DNA from: Eledone cirrhosa
Taxonomy: Eukaryota
Assembly: GCA_964016885.1 (NCBI GenBank)
Contig: OZ024765.1
Location: 3,844,001 to 3,908,000 of the forward strand
Direction of reading: 5' to 3'
DNA length: 64,000 nucleotides
How positions within the stretch are numbered: position 1 is the stretch's first letter; each line of letters begins with the position of its first letter. The position numbers and the translations under genes are program-made. Under the pieces are notes generated by a model that saw only the letters and a list, made by a program, of their open reading frames with translations, had not been told where the DNA came from and made no database searches. Below, piece by piece: positions 12,337-64,000 of the stretch.

Positions 12337-13874
12337 CGAAGGAGTAATTAAAATTATTAATTATTTCAATACTAAAACAGTTATTTAAACTGACTGTATC
12401 TGACCAGAATTCTCTAACCTCTTTCTGTTAAAACCTGCTGTAACCAGCCATTCCTACCGACATCTTTCTAAATGTTTGTTTATAAACACCTCATTTCTTT
12501 AGAAATACATATCTGGATGTTGGTAAGCATGTCCAGCTAGCCTCAGTCTCCTCTGTGTCACTTTTGAGATGCTCCCATACAGCTCTGAGTTTTTCATCCT
12601 CAGTGTATACTGATTAGAGCCATCCTCAGCATTCTCGTGTAGCACCCATCCACCATCTGAGCCCCTACATGGACACACTAGAAGAGGAAGACCAAGGTTA
12701 ACGTATGTTGATGCCCTGGAGACGCAGGACATGGCAGCGATAATGAGGGACAGAGACCGCTGGAGGGATCTCGGGAATTTTACCTGCCTTAGAATACTGC
12801 TATGTTCAAAGCTAAATTCTATTATATTTGAAAGTAAGGTTTTTTATATATATATATATACACTTTGTCCAAAGCGGCTGTAAAAAGGTTGAAGATGTCA
12901 CATACTACTGCCAGTGACAGTTCTGTACAAGCGAGACACGGTCTCCCGACCAATCTTGCCTCAAGTGGAACAAAACTGTCCAGCCCATGCTATCGTGGAA
13001 GATGAACATTAAACGATGATATATATCACCCTGAAATGGGCTTGGTAAGAATGCAGGTATGTCTGAAAGAAATCTAAGCTTTTGAGGTCAGTAGCTCCAC
13101 TTGAGTGCTGGCTTGGCCTCTAAAGACCTGTCAAACCCATGCTAGTACAGATGATGTTGATAAGACTGATTAAAATGGAATAAGTAAATGATATTTATTA
13201 ATGAATACAAATTATAGAACAATGATGTCGATTTTCATATGAAATATATGTAAAAGAGCATATATATACATAAAGGGGGGTCTATAGTTAAAAAGCTCAA
13301 GTATTTTTAAATGAATGCAAACTTTATGGACACCCTGTGTATATATATAATTAGTTACAACTGGTATACAGGTACTTCAGTTTTATTGGGTTATACACCC
13401 CAACTCGGCCTGTTTTATACATATATATATATAGTATAAGAATAAAGCAACAAAGAATCTGTTGCATCATAACATTTAATAACACATTACATATGTTTCA
13501 CTGTCGATCAGCTCAGGGAGCGATCTATTATTGATCGAACCTGACTCTTGAATCGAAAGATCCTCAGTATGTATGCAAAACTGATCTTTGTTCCTTTATT
13601 CTTATACTATTATATTCTGCTCTGCGCAAACATCGAGTTCTCACCTGGCATACTGCCTACAGACACAATTATACACAACTAGTCAAGTTACATTTTAAAT
13701 ATGATGTGAGGAGAAAAGCTCACATCTGAAGTATATGTATGACAGCATATATACACAAATAAGTCACATTCTAAATATGGTGAAAGGAAAAGACTCCAGT
13801 CAACTGACTACAGTAACCAACCAGTTGGTCTTGGGAATTTTACAGGTAACAGTAACTGGCAGGAGATCTACAGG

Positions 13875-14370
13875 TAAAGGCTTTACCTCACATAACATTT
13901 AATTACTCTATATATACTATTGTATTTTCACAGTAAAGGCTTTACCTCACAATATCTCATAACATTTACATTACTCTATATATACTATTGTATTTTCACA
14001 GTAAAGGCTTTACCTCACATAATATCTCATAACATTCACATTACTCTATATATACTATTGTATTTCCACAGTAAAGGCTTTACCTCACATAACATTCACA
14101 TTACTCTATATATACTATTGTATTTCCACAGTAAAGGCTTTACCTCACATAACATTTACATTACTCTATATATACTATTGTATTTTCACAGTAAAGGCTT
14201 TACCTCACATAATATCTCATAACATTCACATTACTCTATATATACTATTGTATTTTCACAGTAAAGGCTTTACCTCACATAACATTTACATTACTCTATA
14301 TCTACTATTGAATTTTCACAGTAAAAGCTTTGTTATGTGATTTTGAGAACAATACCTTAACATAAGTACA
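13875..14370. repeat. 60/72-bp MITE-derived satellite
   Basis: Same unit as 11613-12336. Confidence 0.85.
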
Positions 14371-15765
14371 AGCAGTTGGGTTATGAATCCAGCAGAATCA
14401 GACAGTTTCTTCTTTCTGGTAGGCCCTCTGGAAGATGTCACAACCTTATCAAGAATAAATGAAGAACAGGTTATCTTTGTAATCACAAGATCAAATCGTT
14501 TTAGGGCTGAATGTGTACATACCTAACCTTGCTTAACCCTTTAGCATTTAAAGAGGTCATATCTGGCCAGAATTCTCTCACCATTTTCTGTTCAAACCGG
14601 CCACTCATACTGACAACCCTTTAACATTTACATTACTCTATATATACTATTATATTTTCATGGTAACGGCTTTACCTCAAATGTGTATATCATGACTGAT
14701 GCATTGTTCATTTTCCTGACGTTTGAACATTACCCTATGTACTATACATACACCTTTGATGAGTTGTAGTGCACCTGAGCACTGTACACAATATTTTCAT
14801 TATTATAACATTTACATTACTCTATATATACTATTATATTTTCATGGTAAAGGCTTTATCTCACATAATATCAAATCTATGAGATTTTGAAAGCATTTAT
14901 TTTGAGAACAATACCTTAACATCAGTTTGAACGACCAGTTACAACCAATTTCAACAGAAAGAGGTAGAGAATTCTGGCCGGTTTGAACATTAAAAGGTTA
15001 AGGTATTATTTTCAAAATAAATAAATAACATCATCAAAATCTCGTAGATTCAACAAAAATACAATAGTATATATCAAGCAGCCCTGTGGCTCGCACAAAG
15101 GTTTTTACAGCGCAAGCATGCTTTATCTTCGCAGTATAAAATTATTTGTCGTGTGTGACCCTCAGATAACACATATGTGACCAATGTGGCGCTCAGTTTG
15201 ACATGAGTAATGTCAAACTGAGGGTTTATATAGAGTAATGTAAATGCTAAAGGGTTAAGGATTTAGATTGCTACTTCTGGAAGACATGACAGGACTTTAC
15301 CCTACAACTCTTTCAAGAATAAGTGAAGAACAGAGACGTTTCTTGTAATTATCATCAAAACTCCCTTCTTGGGGCTGAATATTTATATACGTGTGTGTGT
15401 GCATATGTCTATATACATTGGAGCATATGTTTGTATATCTGATTTAATGCTGTGTGTGTATGTATGGTTAATATTGTTTCTACTTTTGGCACAAGGCCAG
15501 CAATTATCCCAGTGTATTACTGGTACTTTATTTTATCGACCCCGTAAGGATGAAAGGCAAAGTTAACCTCGGCGGGATTTGAACTCGGTCCGTAAAGGGA
15601 CGTAACTGTGCTGCAAAGCATGGCGTCCGACCCTCTACCGATACTGCCAATCCACCATATGTATGGTTAATATTGTGTGTGTATATGTAAGGGTAACATT
15701 GTTTGTGTATAATGTATGGCTAACAATGCATTTATGTGAAAGGGGCTGATCAAACCATGTTTCCT

Positions 15766-16130
15766 TTACTGATACTATCTGTCAGTAGAAAGGAGCTGAT
15801 CATCAGATCAGACCAAGGAAACAAACATTCCATTAGTCGTTCCGTTACTGATACTATCTGTCAGTCACAACTCCTGGTAGAAGAAAGGAGCTGATCTGAT
15901 GATCAGACCAAGGAAACAAACATTCCATTAGTCGTTCCGTTACTGATACTATCTGACAGTCACAACTCCTGGTAGAAGAAAGGAGCAGATCATCAGATCA
16001 GACCAAGGAAACAAACATTCCATTAGTCGTTCCGTTACTGATACTATCTGTCAGTCACAACTCCTGGTAGAAGAAAGGAGCTGATCATCAGATCAGACTA
16101 AAGAAACAATGTTTCTATTGGTCTTTCGAT
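15766..16130. repeat. 95-bp tandem repeat x~4 (downstream of INTS4 stop)
   Basis: Same unit and orientation as 16575-17098. Confidence 0.9.
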
Positions 16131-16326
16131 TGTTAATATTGTGTGTGTGTGTGTGTGTATGTATGTACATATGTATGGTTAACATTGCATGTGTCTGTGT
16201 GTATGGTTAAAATTGCCTCTGTGCGTGTGTATGTATGGTTAAGATTACATTTGTGTGTGTATGTATGGTTAAGATTAGATGTTTGTGTGTGTGTGTATGG
16301 TTAAGATTGCATGTGTGTATATATGG

Positions 16327-40976
<24,650 letters not shown>

Positions 40977-41092
40977 GTTTACATGTATAATATACAGAGC
41001 CACAGTTTCGAACACACGTATACACACATATATATATATATATATACACATACACACCTACACATTTAATGTATATAAACTAAATTTAAATG

Positions 41093-41125
<33 letters not shown>

Positions 41126-41685
41126 ATGAATGATTATCAGAGGTTATCCTATCTGTCTGTCTGTGTATTTGTCTATCTCACTGTCTATCTATCTATCTTC
41201 CACTCCCTTATTTATATAACTATAAAATCCCTGCTTTACGTATTTCCTTCAACAATAATTTGGTCTTTATTTAATTTTTCTAAAATGATTTAGTCACTTT
41301 AAAAATAAAATTAATTAAATTTAATTATGTGAGAGAAGCAAATTTATCAATGTTTACAATATATATATATAGAGAGAGATAGAGAAAGGAAAAGAAAACT
41401 AAAGAGAGAGAAGGGGAGAGAGAGAGTGAGAGAGAGAGAAAGGGCTGAAGTAGTGGGAGGCAAAGCGCGCTCAATTACACACACATATATATATATATAT
41501 GTATACAGACACACACATATCAGTAATTATCGTCTGCTGAGAAAATACGGAATATTTCCAAGGTTTGCACATTTTTTATTTTACATTTAACAAAGTCTAA
41601 TTATGGAATTTCATATTTATTTTCAATTCATATGAAGAGAAACTTCTTCCAGAGGGTTCTGTCAGAAGCAACTGTTTCCAACTGA

Positions 41686-42670
41686 CCCCTACATGACCAC
41701 TTTACAGTGTGGACTGGGGCCTTTTAGTTGTGACACCTCCTTGACCACTTTATAGTGTGTACTGGGGCCTTTTTGTTGTGACACCTACACGACCACTTTA
41801 CAGTGTGGACTGGGGCCTTTTTGTTGTGACACCTCCATGACCACTTTATAGTGTGGACTGGGGCCTTTTTGTTGTGACACCTACATGACCACTTAACAGT
41901 GTGGACTGGACCCTTTTTGTTGCGACACCTACATGACCACTTTATAGTGTGGACTGGGGCCTTTTTGTTGTGACCCCTACATGACCACTTTACAGTGTGG
42001 ACTGGAGCCTTTTTGTTGTGACCCCTACATGACCACTTTACAGTGTGGACTGGACCCTTTTTGTTGTGACCCCTACATGACCACTTTACAGTGTGGACTG
42101 GACCCTTTTTGTTGTGACACCTACATGACCACTTTATAGTGTGGACTGGGGCCTTTTTGTCGTGACACCTACATGACCACTTTACAGTGTGGACTGGGGC
42201 CTTTTTGTGTGACACCTACACCACCACTTTACTGTGTGGATTGGGTGTTTTCGTCGTAATACCTACACGATCACTTTACAGTGTGGACTGGGTGCTTTTT
42301 ATTGTGACACCAACAGGACCACTTTACAGTGTGGACTGGGTACTCTTTGTTGTGACACCTACACGACCACTTTACAGTGTGGACTGGGTACTCTTTGTTG
42401 TGACACCTACATGACCACTTTACAGTGTGGACTGGGGCCTTTTTGTTGTGACCCCTACACGACCACTTTACAGTGTGGACTGGGTGCTTTTTATTGTGAC
42501 ACCAACACGACCACTTTACAGTGTGGACTGGGTACTCTTTGTTGTGACACCTACACGACCACTTTACAGTGTGGACTGGGTACTCTTTGTTGTGACACCT
42601 ACACGACCACTTTACAGTGTGGACTGGACCCTTTTTGTTGTGACACCAACACGACCACTTTACAGTGTGC
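41686..42670. repeat. ~45-bp minisatellite derived from a SINE internal segment (~21 units)
   Basis: GACCACTTTACAGTGTGGACTGGGGCCTTTTTGTTGTGACACCTACAT; relatives at 1910-2130 and, inverted, at 54500-55420. Confidence 0.92.
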
Positions 42671-42914
42671 ACTGTTTGATTTTTGTCGAAAACTTTAACA
42701 ATGGAATCCTAACATGTATGTTGAAAACCTCAATATTTCGTTTTTAGAGTATGGAAACTTGGAAGACAGCCTGTATGTATATACATACACACGTATAAAT
42801 ATGTATGTATGTTTTATTCATAGTTGTATAAATAACATTACAAATCGTTTGCAATTCTTTCAGAATGAAAATATACCGTAAACAGAGCATATAAATAAAT
42901 GTACAGTAGAATAT

Positions 42915-43190
42915 TGACGGCAAAAGACCTGACGGCCTCCCTCACCCTGTGCCCTTTGTCGAGAAGCAGGTGCCTTGTTTGGGACGTCACTGTTAATGAC
43001 TCTTATGCTTTTTCCCACATCCTGTGGCTTTCGAGACGTTTGGGGGAGTCGGACCGCTGACTGCGAGGTTCCTCTCTTCTCTGGCGGCTCGTCTTATAGA
43101 GGCAACTGGCGAATCTCGCGAGGGCGCTTGGTTGTTCCAGCGCCTCAGCCTGGCCATCACCCGAGGCAACGCTGCGAGTGGGCTGGCTTG
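42915..43190 (+). mobile_element. CRE-like non-LTR retrotransposon endonuclease fragment
   Basis: DGKRPDGL...WDVTV...PVAFETFGGVGP...WLFQRLSLAITRGNAAS. Confidence 0.75.
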
Positions 43191-43849
43191 CCTAAAAAAT
43201 CATTAAAGAGGTTGCCCGGTACTCCTCGCTGCTGTCTTTTGCTCTGGTGTTGGCTCCATTGATCACCCCTTCCTTTACATTTTCTTTAATATTGTAATAT
43301 TAAAAGAATATATCTTTCTGAAAGAATCGCGAGCTATTTATAATGTTATCTAAGCACTTGTAATGTTATTTACGTATAAATATATATATATATGTATACA
43401 CATGTATAAATATATACATATATATGTGTATACACATGTATAAATATATATATAGAGAATTCGAAGTTGGAAAGCCACGACATATATATATATACATATG
43501 TATAAGTAAATATATGTATATACATGTGTATAAATCAATGTGTATATGTAGTTATAGTGTAAATTCATCTAAAAAAAAAAAAACATGTTTAAGTGAGTTA
43601 GCTCCCTTAGACTAGTAATTTTATTGGGGAAAATATGTAAAAAATATTTTATTAAATCGATAAAAATTCAACCAAATCTAGAGGAAGAAATAGAACGACA
43701 CAGTGAGATAGAGCTAGAGAGAGTGGTTTCAAGCAACATTTTAACTATTACCAATATCTTCAGGATTTCGTGTAATTGCCGATCAAATAACAAAGAAACT
43801 TCCTTTTTATATAATATATCCAGACGCTAAACTCCACCAGTTGCAGACT

Positions 43850-45245
43850 GCGCATCATATTTTTCTCCACAAAGTTCGATCATCAACAGCAGAGTTTAAA
43901 GAGCAAAGATCAAGTCCAGTCCATAGGTTGACATTATCAACCCATCATTTTGGCTGCCGGCCTCTGCTTCTCTTACCAGCCAACCTTCCTTCCAGGAATA
44001 TATAATACCTTTCGATCACCAGCAGCAGAGTTTAAAGAGCAAAGATCAAGTCCAGTCCCTAGGTTGACATTATCAAGCCCTAGTTTTGGCTGCCGGCCTC
44101 TGCTTCTCTTACCAGCCAACCTTCCTTCCAGGCATAACCTACTCACACCATGAGTTGATCTTTTTATATGACTATATAGTTTAAGTACTCATGACTTGAC
44201 AATTGATGTAATTGGTCTAAGTCTGGTAATGTTGAGCAGCTCACTGATACAGATACGGACGCTGAGCCACTTGCAAGTCATAAGTCTCATGATGTGGTTC
44301 TGGAATGTAGAGAGCTTCTGAAGTGACCTTGTCCTCGTCCAATTAACACAGCCAAGACCATATAACACAACTGGTAGGATGTAAGGATCGAAGATCTTAG
44401 CCTTCAAATGATAGGAAACTCATTTTGATGTTAGTACTTCCTTGTTCCTGTTGAAAGCTGCCCAACCCAGAGCGATACGATACTGGACAGCAACCATTCC
44501 ATTGTTGTTTGATGATAGTTTGTGACTGAGATATAAAAACTCCCTAACTTTATTGGTTGTAGGTTGTGAGTTGGAGATTGGCATTGTTCTTATCAGTTGT
44601 CATACATTTTGTTTTGGAGATGTTGATCTGTAAGCCAGCCCCCAGTGAATGTTTGGCCAGTACATTCAGAAATTCTTGCAGATCAGTTCTAGAGTAACTC
44701 ATGATGGCCAGATCGTCTGCATAGTTAAGATTTGATAGGATTTTACCTCCTATTTGATAGCCAGAGGAGCATTCTTCTTCAGTTTGGTAGATAAGTGCAG
44801 CTATAACTATACAGAAAAGAAGTGCTGATAGTACATCTCCCTGCTTAACTCCCTTCAAGATGTCTCTACAGCATGTAGTTCCCAAGTCTGTTTTGATATA
44901 TGCTGTTGAGTTGGTGTAAGTTTCTTTCAATAGGTTGATGTATTTTTTGTTAATTGAGGTCTTGTTTAAGAGTTGCCACAAGCTGGGTTGTTTCACGTTG
45001 TCAAAAGCTTTTGTGAAATCAATGGAGGCGATGTGCACAGGGTTGTTGAATTCTATTGATTTCTCAATGATTTGTTCAATAATTAGGATCTACTCAATGG
45101 TATCTCTTCCAGGTTGATACACAGCTTGTGTTTCAGGAAATGAGGTGTAAAGGTCTGACTTCACTCATGCTGCAATGATACTCATGAAAAGCTTGTAAAC
45201 GTGACTCAATAGGCTGATAGGACGACAGTTCCCACAATCAAGTCT
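43850..45245 (-). mobile_element. RTE-clade LINE reverse transcriptase remnant (pseudogenised)
   Basis: RPISLLSH.YKLF, IDFTKAFDNV, GVKQGDVLS, YADDLA, GLQINISKTKCM, ILPVVLYG and GKRSRGR motifs, with stops and frameshifts; ~135-bp internal duplication at 43875-44130. Confidence 0.9.
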
Positions 45246-45470
45246 GCTACCTTTTTGAACATTTTATATAATATAAGATATATAGAGAGGGCATGAGAGA
45301 GATAGAGAGAAAAAGAGGGAGTGAGAAAGAGAGAAAAAGAGAGAGATAGAAAGATAGATAGATAGAGAGAATGACAAGTAGATAGATAGAATAGCTTGTT
45401 CCAATCAGTCTGGCCAGTCTTGGACCAGGAAAATCTGTCAAACCCATGCTAACATGGAAAACAGATGTAA

Positions 45471-45508
<38 letters not shown>

Positions 45509-45768
45509 AAAATAAGTCAAACATTGTATTTATATCAAAATCACTTTTATTTTATTAAATGTAAATAATGTATGAATATTACATGTTATGTAAGAGTGAT
45601 TGTATGACAGTGCTAATGTGTATGTGTATATATATATATACACACACACACATATATAGTGTGAGTGTGTGTATGTATTTATATATACACACATGCATAC
45701 ATATATAAACACATATATATATATATATATACACATATATATATATACATATACACACACATGTATAT

Positions 45769-45807
<39 letters not shown>

Positions 45808-45942
45808 CACACACACGTTATATATACACATATATACATACATGGTGGTGGTGTTGATGTGAGAAGAGAGGAGGCTGTTATATGAAGATCGATGTTTCAA
45901 ATCTACCCTCCAGAAACAAAAACAGTTGTAGGGTCGCCCTCC

Positions 45943-63039
<17,097 letters not shown>

Positions 63040-63830
63040 CTAAAGAGAGAGAATGGAGACATCAGGGTAAGGTATAGCATGGATATATATATATATATAT
63101 ATTAATTCCAAATATTAATAAATATAGACATTCATGTGATCAAATATATTTTATTATATATATTTCAGAGGTACTGTGCTGTTTCCTCAGATGAAGTGTC
63201 TTGCTCAAGGAAACAACACATCACCCGGTCTGAGAATTGAACTCCCAACCTTTCGATTGCAAGGCCAATGCTCTAACCACTAAGCCATGCGCCTTCAATA
63301 TATATATATATATATATACACATGTGAGTTCGATTCCTGAACCAGGCGATGCGTTATGTCTTTGAGCAAGACACTTTATTTCACGTTGCTCCTTCTACCT
63401 GGAGTTGCGACCGATAGATAGTATTAGCAATTGGAAAGACCAACGGAAACATAGTTTCCTCGGTCCGATTTGACGAAAGTCGATCGACTAGAATATATAC
63501 ACATACACACATACGCACACACATATATACACACACACACACACATGTATATATATACATACTCAGACTCAGAAACTCCCGCTTCCTGCGATGCATGAGG
63601 CAATCATAGTGTTCCACCGCGTTGGTCAGCAGCCAGTTGCACAGCGTCCCGCCATTGTCTGTTTGTCGCTCGCAGGTCCCTCTCAACTGTCTGGCGCCAG
63701 TTCATTTTGGGTCGCCCTCTCCGTCTGCTTCCCTGTGGGTTCCATTTAAGTACTTGGTTCGCCAGTCTCTCCGTATATACATACACACACACACATATAT
63801 ATATACACACACATACATATATATATATAT

Positions 63831-63877
<47 letters not shown>

Positions 63878-64000
63878 TACATCATCATCATCATCATCAT
63901 CAACGTTTAACGTCCGTGTTCCACGCTTGCATGGGTTTGGACGGGGGTAGTCCCACTTGAGGCAAGAGTGATTGTCTTGCTCGCATAGGACTGTCTGGCA

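Noticed and set aside
41686-42670. CRISPR-like regular array
   Set aside because: No unique spacers and no cas genes; the context is eukaryotic and this is a simple tandem repeat of a SINE segment.
44550-45038. Reverse transcriptase ORF as a retron or functional gene
   Set aside because: It is a fragment of an RTE-type LINE with stops and frameshifts on both sides.

Overview
Eukaryotic (animal) genomic DNA, AT-rich and microsatellite-dense. The SINE, LINE and MITE content resembles an octopus or other cephalopod genome; this is an inference. Three spliced housekeeping genes were reconstructed by hand. RPSA (40S ribosomal protein SA/uS2, + strand) is complete, with a TCT/TOP-type start and an intronic H/ACA snoRNA resembling SNORA8. 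INTS4 (Integrator subunit 4, - strand) is complete, with 19 coding exons, about 939 aa and one U12-type intron. The last 15 coding exons of EFTUD2/Snu114 (- strand) are present and its 5' part lies outside the window. Introns are filled with two tRNA-derived SINE families, RTE/CR1/CRE LINE fragments, piggyBac-, hAT- and Tc1-type MITEs, a non-autonomous Helitron and many minisatellites. Three things stand out. (1) A 1.8 kb array in INTS4 intron 3 is built from the exon end plus its splice donor, giving about 70 in-frame, stop-free 5' splice sites. (2) Other tandem duplications are seeded on splice acceptors of all three genes. (3) At least seven sequence-diverse type I hammerhead ribozyme folds with short, mostly palindromic stem III lie in the introns. 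All coordinates were read manually and repeat boundaries are approximate.
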